Assembly (NCBI GenBank): GCA_964487895.1
Contig: CAZASM010000004.1
Span: 1 to 55,641, forward strand
DNA length: 55,641 bases
Reading direction: 5' to 3'
Source of the DNA: an uncultured Gammaproteobacteria bacterium
GTDB taxonomy: Bacteria; Patescibacteriota; Patescibacteriia; UBA1558; 2-01-FULL-52-15
Shown here piece after piece: positions 37,272 through 46,044 of the stretch. How positions within the stretch are numbered: the first letter of the stretch is position 1; each line of letters starts with the position of its first letter. A model generated the notes under the pieces. The model had not been told where the DNA came from. It did no database searches and worked only from the letters and a program-made list of their open reading frames with translations. A program made the position numbers and the translations under genes.

Positions 37272-39185
37272 TTACCTGCTGAATTCGGGAGACGACGGAC
37301 CGTCGGTCATCGGGGGCTCGTCACCTTCGACGCTCACTGAGGCGGCATCGGGGGTGAACGGAACCTTCCTGACTTCCGGCGCCTTGCGCTCGAGACTGTC
37401 CTTGATCAGGCCAGCCATGAGCACGTTGACGAGAGTGTTACCACCACCGTCAGCACCACCGCCAGCCACGACGTCCGGTACCAGCTTGAAACCGCTGGTG
37501 GACAGCGCGCGGGCGACTTCGATCATGGCGAAGTTGCCGGATTCCATGGAGTCGATCTTCTGCTTGATGACCTTGGCTTCGGACGTTCCGACAGCCATGA
37601 TCTTCTCGCCTTCAGCGGCGCCGACGGTCTTGAGGACCATAGCGTCAGCTTCAGCGACGAGCTTCTTGGACTCGGCTTCACCCTTGGCCTTCTCGACGGC
37701 CGCGTTGGCCTCGAAGGTCTTGATGGAAACCTGCCGTTCCGCCTTCACCACGTCGGGCTGTGTGTCCGCCATGGCCTGAGCCTGCTGCAGATCACGCCGG
37801 ACATCCTGAGCCTTCTTCTGGGAAGCATAGGTAACTTCCCGTTGTTCGGCCAGCTTCCGGTCGGTCAGCGTGGTCATGAGATCATCCGGCGGAACGATGT
37901 CACCGATGAGGGTGTCCACCGCCACGACGTTGTACTCGTTGAGCGCTTCGGAAATCTTCGTGCGAGCATCGGCTTGACGTGCTTCGCGACCGCGCAGGAA
38001 GTCGATGACATCCGACCCCTGAGCAGTGTTGCGGAAGTAGTTGCCGATGATCGGCTCCAGCACCTGTGTCACCAGGTTCAGGACGCTGCCGAAGCGTGCG
38101 ATGACCTTCGGCGCTTCCTTGCCCGGAATGTGGATGATCTGGGAGACGTCGAGGTTGAACTTGAAGCCGTCCGACGACCGAACGGTGATCGTCGACAGCT
38201 TCTCATCCAGCTTGTGTGCCTCGGTCTTGCCCGTGGCCCAGTTCAGGACCACGTTGGCGGTCGGCACGTTCTCGACCTTGTGGGTGTAGGAATTGATCGG
38301 GTACTTGCCAGGATCGAGTGTGTCGACCCAGACGCCCTTCTCCCCCCGAGTCACCAGATTGCCGTGCTTGAAGGCCTCACCGGTGACGTCCACGCCTGCC
38401 TTGCCCACGTAGGCGATGACAACGCCGACATGAGCGATAGGAACGGTGGTCATCTCTTTGATTTCCACCGTGGCGAAACGCGGGTTGATGAAGTAGCGAC
38501 CAGCGAGCATCACCTGTTCCTGGAGGCCCTTATGACCTCCATTGTCGATGAAGCTCTGGCCATCCTGGTACATGTTGTGGCCGACGATCTCGTTTCCAGC
38601 GATGTCGCCAGTTGCGAGGGGCTTGCCTTCACGCGTCGTCACGATGCCGACCATGTTGTCCTCGATCTCGAGCACATTGGTCATGACCACCGTGAAGAGT
38701 GCAGTGTTGATGCGGTAGGTGCCAGGTGGGATGATCGTGATCTGAGGACCACGCTCTCCACCGTTTTCCAAGAAAAGCCGAGCGCTCTGGAAAGAGTCGC
38801 ACTCGATTCTCTTGGCGAGCACGCGACCGCCGGACAGCGGCTTACCGTCACGCGACTCGACGACTCCGAGGCTACCCTCGGGGATTTCCAGGAACTTCAC
38901 GCGTTCCACCTCATACTGCCACGGCCAGAAGCCGAAGTGCAGTCCGGGCGCCAGCGTGTCGGCCTGGTAGCCAGCTTCGCCCTTGAGAGCGATGATGGCG
39001 CCGTCGGGCAGGGTACGGTTGCCTCCGAAGAGGACGAACTTCTTGTTCACCACGCCGAGGGAATCCTCGGGGATGATGACGACTCCGAAGAGTCGCACCC
39101 AGATCCGGTTGGTCAGGATCAGCAGGAACAGGACGATCACCCCGATTGCTACGGGGACAAAGGGTCCGAGCAGCTCTTTCACCAA
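37272..39185 (-). CDS. Flotillin-like SPFH (band 7) domain protein
   Basis: N-terminal TM, SPFH core, then a long Ala/Glu/Lys-rich coiled-coil (AEQREV...EKAKGEAESKKLVAEADAMV...) typical of bacterial flotillins. The likely start is the GTG at 39182. Confidence 0.75.
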   Translation of the reverse strand: MVKELLGPFVPVAIGVIVLFLLILTNRIWVRLFGVVIIPEDSLGVVNKKFVLFGGNRTLPDGAIIALKGEAGYQADTLAPGLHFGFWPWQYEVERVKFLEIPEGSLGVVESRDGKPLSGGRVLAKRIECDSFQSARLFLENGGERGPQITIIPPGTYRINTALFTVVMTNVLEIEDNMVGIVTTREGKPLATGDIAGNEIVGHNMYQDGQSFIDNGGHKGLQEQVMLAGRYFINPRFATVEIKEMTTVPIAHVGVVIAYVGKAGVDVTGEAFKHGNLVTRGEKGVWVDTLDPGKYPINSYTHKVENVPTANVVLNWATGKTEAHKLDEKLSTITVRSSDGFKFNLDVSQIIHIPGKEAPKVIARFGSVLNLVTQVLEPIIGNYFRNTAQGSDVIDFLRGREARQADARTKISEALNEYNVVAVDTLIGDIVPPDDLMTTLTDRKLAEQREVTYASQKKAQDVRRDLQQAQAMADTQPDVVKAERQVSIKTFEANAAVEKAKGEAESKKLVAEADAMVLKTVGAAEGEKIMAVGTSEAKVIKQKIDSMESGNFAMIEVARALSTSGFKLVPDVVAGGGADGGGNTLVNVLMAGLIKDSLERKAPEVRKVPFTPDAASVSVEGDEPPMTDGPSSPEFSR

Positions 39186-39528
39186 TTTCTCCTTTCGAGA
39201 GTGTTTTTGCCGCGCTTTGCGGCGTATTTCTGGAACTATAGGAAAATTGACTAAACTTTCTTACATTTTAACGAACCTCCTTGTGAGAGCCCGCCCTTCG
39301 GGTTTACAAAAGAATGTATTACCTTAGTACATATAATCATATTTGTCAAGAGTAGAATTGACATTTTGTGCTAATGTTAGCCATTTACATTTAAAAAGTG
39401 TTTAATATTAGCCAAAATTTGATTTTAGGCTGAAAATGTACTAAACTCATAGGAGTTAAGTATGAGTTAATAGATCCCTTTTCGCTAAAGCTTCAGGGGA
39501 TGTCGTCTATTTAATTTTAACGTGCTCC

Positions 39529-39921
39529 ATGTTTAAATTAAGCACTCGCGTACAATATGGACTTGAGGTAATGGAGGCTTTAGCTACTAAGCCTGATTTC
39601 GTCTCTTTAACTGATCTATCTGAGGAGATTCATCGCTCGGCTAATTATCTCCAGCAGATTATCAAACCATTGAAGGAAGCTGGTTTAGTGATCAGTAAAG
39701 AGGGTGTGACTGGCGGTATCAAGTTAGCTAAATCACCTAAGGCCATTACCTTGTATGATGTGTTAGTTGCTCTCGATGGTGAAGTACAACCTATCAGCTG
39801 TTTGTCAGATGATCACGCCTGTCCCACGAAGCAAACCTGTGGTCATCGGAAATATTGGAGTAAGGTGACAGATATATTAGAAGAACAATTTAAGAACACT
39901 ACTCTCATTGATTTGAAATAA
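39529..39921 (+). CDS. Rrf2-family (IscR/SufR-like) transcriptional regulator
   Basis: HTH LSTRVQYGLEVMEALA, and a C-x-C-x-C cluster (CLSDDHACPTKQTC) consistent with an Fe-S ligand region. Confidence 0.7.
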   Translation: MFKLSTRVQYGLEVMEALATKPDFVSLTDLSEEIHRSANYLQQIIKPLKEAGLVISKEGVTGGIKLAKSPKAITLYDVLVALDGEVQPISCLSDDHACPTKQTCGHRKYWSKVTDILEEQFKNTTLIDLK

Positions 39922-39922
39922 T

Positions 39923-40702
39923 ATGGCGCTAGAAATAAAGAATTTAGAATTAACCCTTCGACAAGCTCAGGGTGACAGTGTTGTGAAAAGTATTATCCAT
40001 GATTTGTCGTTGACGATTAATATGGGTGAGGTTCATGCCATCATGGGACCGAATGGTTCTGGTAAAAGTAGTTTGTCGCAAGCGCTGATTGGAAATACAA
40101 AATATGAAATTACTGCTGGTCAAGTTTTGATAGATGGTAAAAATTTACTGGAGATGAAACCTGATAGACGGTTACGTCAGGGACTATTTCTTGGTTTTCA
40201 GTATCCACGGGAGATCGAAGGTGTACGCATCTCTACTTTCCTCAAGGCGATATACGAAAATAAATGTAAAGCGGTGATGGGTGACAAGTACAAGCCTACC
40301 TTGATGATTCGTTTCACCAAAACATTAGCAGGATTGATGACTACTTTGGGCATTGATACATCCTACATGCATCGCTATCTGAATCATGGTTTCTCCGGTG
40401 GTGAGAAAAAGAAGTTAGAAATATTACAGATGCAAATGGTTGATCCGCGTTATGTGATTATGGATGAGATTGATTCTGGTTTGGATATTGATGCCGTGCG
40501 GGTTATTAGCACTGCTCTGAATAATTTTCGTTCCAAGCATACAGGACTGTTACTCATTACGCATTACGATAGGATTCTCAAACTGGTGAAGCCGGACTTT
40601 GTGCATATTATGGTTGATGGCAGGATTGTTAGGTCGGGTGGGCCGGAGTTAGCACAGCAAGTGGAAAAAGCAGGATACGAAGATTTTAAAGTAATACCGT
40701 AG
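39923..40702 (+). CDS. sufC: Fe-S cluster assembly ATPase SufC
   Basis: Walker A GPNGSGKSS and ABC signature FSGGEKKK. Confidence 0.85.
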   Translation: MALEIKNLELTLRQAQGDSVVKSIIHDLSLTINMGEVHAIMGPNGSGKSSLSQALIGNTKYEITAGQVLIDGKNLLEMKPDRRLRQGLFLGFQYPREIEGVRISTFLKAIYENKCKAVMGDKYKPTLMIRFTKTLAGLMTTLGIDTSYMHRYLNHGFSGGEKKKLEILQMQMVDPRYVIMDEIDSGLDIDAVRVISTALNNFRSKHTGLLLITHYDRILKLVKPDFVHIMVDGRIVRSGGPELAQQVEKAGYEDFKVIP

Positions 40703-40760
40703 GTACGGTAAGGGCGATTCATGAATCGCCCCAACAAAGCCGTCCGGCCCTCTTTAAACT

Positions 40761-42191
40761 ATGCAGCAATCAACAACAACCAAAGAACACATCTTCCAAG
40801 AATTAAATCGGGATATTTTTGATCATGCGGATTCGGCGGATTATATGTCTGTGGCTACAAAAGGGTTATCGGAAGCTTTGATTAACAAGATTTCAGATGA
40901 TAAGAACGAACCCGATTGGATGCGTGAGTTTCGTTTGAAAGCTTTGAAAATATTCTTGGAAAAAGATATGCCAAAGTTTGGACCTGATCTATCCAAAATT
41001 AATTTTGACGATATTATTTATTACGCGCGACCGGGAGAGATTAAAGGCACTGAGAAGTGGGAAGATGTAGCGCCGGAGATTAAGAAAACTTTTGAGCGGC
41101 TCGGCATTCCGGAAGCTGAACGTGAAGTATTGGCTGGAGTGGGAGCGCAGTATGAATCCAACACTGTTTATCATAAGTTGCAGAAAGAATGGGAAGATTT
41201 GGGAGTAATCTTCGAAGATATGGACGTGGCTCTGCAAAAACATTCTGATCTGGTGCGGGAATACTTCATGACCAAATCAGTGCCACCAGCTGATCATAAG
41301 TTTGCTGCTTTGCATGCTGCGGTTTGGTCTGGCGGAACATTCCTCTATGTGCCCAAAGGTGTAAAAGTTACTAAACCACTACAAGCCTACTTCCGGATGA
41401 ACGCCCGCAAGATGGGACAGTTCGAGCACACGTTAATAATTATTGAAGACGGTGCGGACGCTCACTATATCGAAGGCTGCAGCGCGCCGAAATATAATAG
41501 CGGCGAGATCTCTCTACACGCTGGTTGTGTGGAAGTTATCCTTAAACCTCATAGCAAATTCCGTTATAGCAGTGTCGAGAACTGGAGTCGCAATACCTAC
41601 AATTTGAATACCAAGCGTGCTATTGTCGACGAGTACGCGCACATGGAGTGGATTGGAGGCAATATGGGCTCTGGAGTGACCATGCTTTATCCCTGCAGTA
41701 TCCTACGCGGTCGTGGAGCTTCCTGTGACCATTTGGGCTTAGCTTTTGCTAACAAAGACCAAGTACAAGACACAGGCGCTAAGGTGATGCATCTGGCCTC
41801 AGATACATCGTCACGGGTTATCATGAAATCAATTAGTAAAGCCGGCGGACGATCTGTCTATCGAGGACTTTTGAAAGTCGCTAAGGGCGCCAAGAATGTC
41901 GTGACTTCAGTTAACTGTGACGCTTTAATATTAGACGACATCTCTGCTTCAGACACAATCCCGGATATGCAGATCAGTGAGAGTGACGTAACGATTGCGC
42001 ATGAAGCTTCGGTTGGTAAGGTTGGCGAAGAGCAATTGCTATATTTAATGTCTCGCGGTCTAACCCAAGAAGATGCCATGAGTATGATCGTTAATGGCTT
42101 TATCGATCCGATTGTGAAACAGTTGCCGTTGGAGTATGCGGTTGAGTTGAATCGATTGATTGAATTAGAAATGGAAGGGTCTGTTGGGTAA
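40761..42191 (+). CDS. sufB: Fe-S cluster assembly scaffold SufB
   Basis: Typical SufB length and conserved C-terminal region. Confidence 0.85.
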   Translation: MQQSTTTKEHIFQELNRDIFDHADSADYMSVATKGLSEALINKISDDKNEPDWMREFRLKALKIFLEKDMPKFGPDLSKINFDDIIYYARPGEIKGTEKWEDVAPEIKKTFERLGIPEAEREVLAGVGAQYESNTVYHKLQKEWEDLGVIFEDMDVALQKHSDLVREYFMTKSVPPADHKFAALHAAVWSGGTFLYVPKGVKVTKPLQAYFRMNARKMGQFEHTLIIIEDGADAHYIEGCSAPKYNSGEISLHAGCVEVILKPHSKFRYSSVENWSRNTYNLNTKRAIVDEYAHMEWIGGNMGSGVTMLYPCSILRGRGASCDHLGLAFANKDQVQDTGAKVMHLASDTSSRVIMKSISKAGGRSVYRGLLKVAKGAKNVVTSVNCDALILDDISASDTIPDMQISESDVTIAHEASVGKVGEEQLLYLMSRGLTQEDAMSMIVNGFIDPIVKQLPLEYAVELNRLIELEMEGSVG

Positions 42192-42271
42192 TCCATGTAC
42201 CCGTAGGGACCCGCTTCGACGAGCGAGCGAGGCGAGCAGGTCGCGACCTGTCCGTACATTTTTTATAAAAT

Positions 42272-43075
42272 ATGTCAGAAATATTTAAAACATTACAGAC
42301 CCTTCCAGTTCCAGCTAGGCAAAAGGCCTGGGCTGATGTTGATTTTGGTTCGACAGAAAAAAGATTAAACGGTGAACAAATTATAATCGATGAATTACCA
42401 GACACTATCGACTGTCAGAAGATTATCATTGAAGCAGATTCAGATATTCAATACGTCATAATACAGAACGACCCCGCTGAGCGGGGTTCATTCCGTACGC
42501 GACAATTTTATCTACAACAGAACGCTAAATTAGAACTAATTACAATTATTCTAGGAAGCGCAACGTCAGAATTAATTCAAGAGGTGTATTTGCAAGGAGC
42601 TGGCGCCGTCAGCTTGCAAAAGGTTGTAGTGATCGGCACAGGTCAACAGAAAATAAATTTGATTGCCAATAATATCCATGTAGCGCCAGATTGCCATTCC
42701 GACATCACAGTAAAGACAATTCTCTCCGGATCAGCAATTTCTGCTTTTAACGGCTTGATCAAGATTCATAATGGAGCTCAACAGACCAACGCTTATCTTC
42801 GTCACGATACCTACGTGTTATCCGAGACAGCCAAGAACATTACTATCCCTGGACTGGAGATAGATGCTAATGATGTGAAGGCTAGCCACAGCGCCAGTCA
42901 GAGTAAGCTAAAGCCTGAAGATTTGCTCTATCTGACTAGCCGCGGTTTGACGGAAACACTAGCAAGGAGTTTAATACTAGAGGGGTTTGTTAATTCCATA
43001 GTAGGAAGTATTAAGGAGAAGGTAGTAAGGGATGAGATGGTAGAGTTACTGATAAAGAAATTAAATAATCTATGA
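42272..43075 (+). CDS. sufD: SufD (short form)
   Basis: SufBD-fold C-terminus and its position in the suf operon. Confidence 0.65.
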   Translation: MSEIFKTLQTLPVPARQKAWADVDFGSTEKRLNGEQIIIDELPDTIDCQKIIIEADSDIQYVIIQNDPAERGSFRTRQFYLQQNAKLELITIILGSATSELIQEVYLQGAGAVSLQKVVVIGTGQQKINLIANNIHVAPDCHSDITVKTILSGSAISAFNGLIKIHNGAQQTNAYLRHDTYVLSETAKNITIPGLEIDANDVKASHSASQSKLKPEDLLYLTSRGLTETLARSLILEGFVNSIVGSIKEKVVRDEMVELLIKKLNNL

Positions 43076-43515
43076 ATAATTCGGAGATTATAGTAGTTGA
43101 GAAAACCATGTGTATTCTGATGGATAATCAAAGTCGTCTTCTTGCTAGCAAAGGTTACGACAAGGTTAAAAATGAGGTGTTTTATCGGTTGCTCGGTGGT
43201 AGTTTGAATTCTGGGGAAGATCCAGAGGTGGGTATTCGGAGGGAAATTAGAGAGGAGCTGAATTCAGAATTAGATGAGTTGGAAAGTTTGGCGATAGTTG
43301 ATAACCCATTTGTCTATGAGGGTCAGTCTAGACGTCAGACGATATATTTATTTAGAGGTAAATTAGCTGATAAGAATATAGAGAATAAAGATACAGTCCA
43401 CATTGTTGAAGAAAAATATAAGTTTGATGCTTATTGGATACCAGTCAAAGATGTGCTTGAAAAAAAGATTATACTATATCCACCATTTGATCAGGATAAA
43501 TTTTTGAAATGCTAG
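43072..43515 (+). CDS. NUDIX hydrolase
   Basis: NUDIX box LGGSLNSGEDPEVGIRREIREELNSEL. Confidence 0.65.
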   Translation: MNNSEIIVVEKTMCILMDNQSRLLASKGYDKVKNEVFYRLLGGSLNSGEDPEVGIRREIREELNSELDELESLAIVDNPFVYEGQSRRQTIYLFRGKLADKNIENKDTVHIVEEKYKFDAYWIPVKDVLEKKIILYPPFDQDKFLKC

Positions 43516-44726
43516 ACGTTCGTCAAGATTTTCCAATTCTAAAAAGACAAGTTAATGGCAAGCCATTGATCTATCTTGATAATGCTGCTACCACCCAGAA
43601 GCCCAATGTAGTGATTGAAGCTGAGGTTGATTATTATCGTCAGTATAATGCTAATGTTCACCGTGGCATCCATGCTTTAGCCGAAGAAGCTACTACAGCC
43701 TACGAGAATTCACGTGAGAAAGTTTGTCAGTTATTGAACGCTGTCTCCACCAAAGAAATCATCTTCACCCGCGGTACGACAGAAAGTATCAATCTGGCCG
43801 CCTATGCTTGGGCCAGACACAATCTGAAAGCAGGGGATGAGATCGTTGTGTCCATTGTTAATCACCATTCCAATATCGTGCCGTGGCAGATGATCGCCAG
43901 AGAAACTGGGGCGGTAATTAAATGGCTTGACCTTGATGGCGAATTTAGAATTAAGAATGAAGAATTAAGAAATTTTCTCAGCAGTGGGAAAGTTAAACTT
44001 GTGGCTCTGACACATGCTTCTAATACTTTAGGTTTGTTGTACGACGTCAAACCCTTGATCAAGCAAGCTCATGAAGCTGGTGCCTTGGTAATACTCGACG
44101 GTGCGCAGTCAGTACCACACAGCCAGATTGATGTGCAGGATTTGGATTGTGACTTTTTCGCTTTCTCTGGGCATAAGATGTGCGGTCCAACCGGCATCGG
44201 TGTCTTATACGCCAAGGAAAAGATTCTAGACACCATGAAACCATTTCACGGTGGCGGAGAAATGATCAAAGCAGTGACCAAAGAAGACTTTGTAACCAAC
44301 GATCTACCATGGAAGTTCGAAGCTGGTACACCAAATATGGCTGGAGTGATCGGTCTCGGCGTAGCGATTGATTATTTACAAAAAATTGGCTGGCCTGCTA
44401 TTCATCAGCACGAGCAAGAATTGACGCAGTATGCTCTGGAGCAGATGAAGCAAATTGAGAAATTACATATCATGGGTCCGACGGAGGCGGAAAACAGAAT
44501 AGGGGTTATTGCCTTCATTATTGACGGTATGCATCCACATGATATTGCCGCCGAGTTAGACAAACACGGTATCGCAGTACGTGCTGGGCATCATTGTACG
44601 CAGCCGTTGCATACACAGTTAGGTTTGAATGGTAGTACGAGAGCGAGTTTTTATATCTATAATACGAGGGAAGAGGTTGATAAGCTCATTTCAGGGATAC
44701 GAGAAGTAATTAAAATTTACACTTAA
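43509..44726 (+). CDS. sufS: Cysteine desulfurase SufS (group II)
   Basis: PLP-lysine region SGHKMCGPTGIG and the active-site loop HHCTQPL. Confidence 0.85.
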   Translation: MLDVRQDFPILKRQVNGKPLIYLDNAATTQKPNVVIEAEVDYYRQYNANVHRGIHALAEEATTAYENSREKVCQLLNAVSTKEIIFTRGTTESINLAAYAWARHNLKAGDEIVVSIVNHHSNIVPWQMIARETGAVIKWLDLDGEFRIKNEELRNFLSSGKVKLVALTHASNTLGLLYDVKPLIKQAHEAGALVILDGAQSVPHSQIDVQDLDCDFFAFSGHKMCGPTGIGVLYAKEKILDTMKPFHGGGEMIKAVTKEDFVTNDLPWKFEAGTPNMAGVIGLGVAIDYLQKIGWPAIHQHEQELTQYALEQMKQIEKLHIMGPTEAENRIGVIAFIIDGMHPHDIAAELDKHGIAVRAGHHCTQPLHTQLGLNGSTRASFYIYNTREEVDKLISGIREVIKIYT

Positions 44727-44775
44727 GCCTATCATTGCGAGCGAATTGTCACCCTGAGCTTGTCGAAGGGCGACA

Positions 44776-45237
44776 ATGAGCGAAGCAATCCGTCATAAGG
44801 ACAGATTGCTTCGCCCCGAGTACGGGACTCGCAATGACAATAATAATATGGACCCACACGCCCAACAAATAATCGAACTCTACAAACATCCTTTAAACTT
44901 CGGCAAAGATGAGACTGCCGATATTATTAAGATTGGGATGAACTTATCATGCGGAGACCAAGTGAGTATGTATATTAAATTAAGAAATAAGAAAGAAGAA
45001 TTAAGAGTAATTGAATCGATTACTTTTGAAGGTACTGGATGCTCCGTCAGTGTGGCGTCGGCATCTCTACTAACGGAAATGCTAAAAGGAAAAACTCTGG
45101 AGGAGGTTTTGAGCTGGGGAGCGAAAGAGATTGAGCAGATGTTGGGAGTGGAGATGGGACCGAGTAGGTTGAAGTGCGCTTTACTGCCGCTGGATACTAT
45201 TCAGGAGGGCATTAAGGAATTTAGAATTAAGAAATAA
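44776..45237 (+). CDS. sufU: SufU/IscU-like sulfur acceptor (start possibly at the ATG at 44845)
   Basis: Conserved Cys ligands NLSCGD, GTGCSVS and RLKCALL. The first 23 codons of the track ORF overlap a perfect 11-bp hairpin; starting at 44845 (MDPHAQQIIELYKHPLNFG) gives a canonical N-terminus. Confidence 0.75.
   Translation: MSEAIRHKDRLLRPEYGTRNDNNNMDPHAQQIIELYKHPLNFGKDETADIIKIGMNLSCGDQVSMYIKLRNKKEELRVIESITFEGTGCSVSVASASLLTEMLKGKTLEEVLSWGAKEIEQMLGVEMGPSRLKCALLPLDTIQEGIKEFRIKK
45167..45213 (+). repeat. Direct repeat copy 1 (3' end of sufU), duplicated at 45905-45950
   Basis: ggttgaagtgcgctttactgccgctggatactattcaggagggcatt versus ggttgaagtgcgctttactgccg-tggatactattcaggaaggcatt: 45/47 identical; the second copy is frameshifted. 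Confidence 0.8.
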
Positions 45238-45300
45238 GAATTAAGAAAATAGGTCAAAAGGCAAAATTCAAAAATATAATAATAAATCAAAAATACTAAT

Positions 45301-45885
45301 ATGGCGTTATCAACATATCATCAAAAGTATGCAGATCAATCTGCCGAAGAGATACAAAGAAAAGTTGAGGCAAAAAAGGAGGAGCTAATTGCCATTTTTC
45401 AAGAGACCAAGCTGCAAACAGATAGTAATCCTGTACGACTTGCGGTGCTGGGTTGTGGTGATAGACGCTTCGTTGCGCAGCATAAAATCATTTTTGAAGC
45501 AGTCATCGATAGATCAGTGGAAGTCAGCACATTTGATATCACTATTGATCACCTTCAGGGCGAGTCAAATATTTTTCAGCATGATTGTACTCTTCCTTTA
45601 CCAGATCAGCCGTATGATATTACCTATGCGCATGTGTTATTGAAGTTTATCGAACTTTCTAAACAGTTTGACCTGATAAAAAATTCTTATCATGCTTTGA
45701 AGTCCGGTGGTGTTGCTATACATTGTTTTGACACGGAGGAAATTACCGCTTCAGATACTAAGCTTATAAATGGTCAATGGGCTGTCCCATTAGAGGAATA
45801 TAAAAAACAGTTGTCTGAGTTAGATATTGAACATAAGGAAATCCCCATTAAGTATGGAATTGCTTTAGTGCTGATACGGAAGTAA
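45301..45885 (+). CDS. Small class I SAM-dependent methyltransferase-like protein
   Basis: Motif I-like LAVLGCGDRRF and a post-I-like LKSGG. Flanked by the 47-nt duplication. Confidence 0.45.
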   Translation: MALSTYHQKYADQSAEEIQRKVEAKKEELIAIFQETKLQTDSNPVRLAVLGCGDRRFVAQHKIIFEAVIDRSVEVSTFDITIDHLQGESNIFQHDCTLPLPDQPYDITYAHVLLKFIELSKQFDLIKNSYHALKSGGVAIHCFDTEEITASDTKLINGQWAVPLEEYKKQLSELDIEHKEIPIKYGIALVLIRK

Positions 45886-45904
45886 CTCAAGAGTTAGGAG
45901 AGTC

Positions 45905-45950
45905 GGTTGAAGTGCGCTTTACTGCCGTGGATACTATTCAGGAAGGCATT
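45905..45950 (+). repeat. Direct repeat copy 2 (degenerate duplicate of sufU 3' end)
   Basis: See copy 1. Confidence 0.8.
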
Positions 45951-45989
45951 TGGGAAAGTCAAAAGTAAAAAATCAAAACTGAAAACTAA

Positions 45990-46022
45990 AACTCAAAACC
46001 GGAAAAGTTTTGAGTTTTTACT
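45990..46022. terminator. Bidirectional terminator (aaaactcaaaaccggaaaagttttgagttttt)
   Basis: Perfect stem with flanking A and T runs. Confidence 0.65.
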
Positions 46023-46044
46023 TGTATATTTTACTTTTGACTTT

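Larger units (their letters stand above)
34321..39300 (-). other. High-GC island 2: five same-strand genes separated by structured repeat elements (possible horizontally acquired cassette array)
   Basis: Abrupt compositional shift at both ends. Left boundary next to a terminator hairpin at 34290-34320. Right boundary cccgcccttcggg followed by AT-rich host DNA at about 39300. Confidence 0.6.

Noticed and set aside
37842-39254. 470-aa plus-strand ORF and other long ORFs (37354..37779, 38041..38289, 38983..39327) inside the flotillin gene
   Set aside because: These are antisense shadow ORFs typical of GC-rich coding DNA. The translations are Arg/Asp/Val-rich nonsense with no RBS, while the minus-strand frame encodes a clear SPFH/flotillin protein.
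34321-39300. Classical integron
   Set aside because: No IntI-type integrase adjoins the array. The nearest tyrosine recombinase is 8 kb away in low-GC DNA. Canonical R'' (RYYYAAC) / R' (GTTRRRY) cores could not be found by eye. A CALIN-like or novel repeat family remains possible, so it is reported as a hypothesis only.
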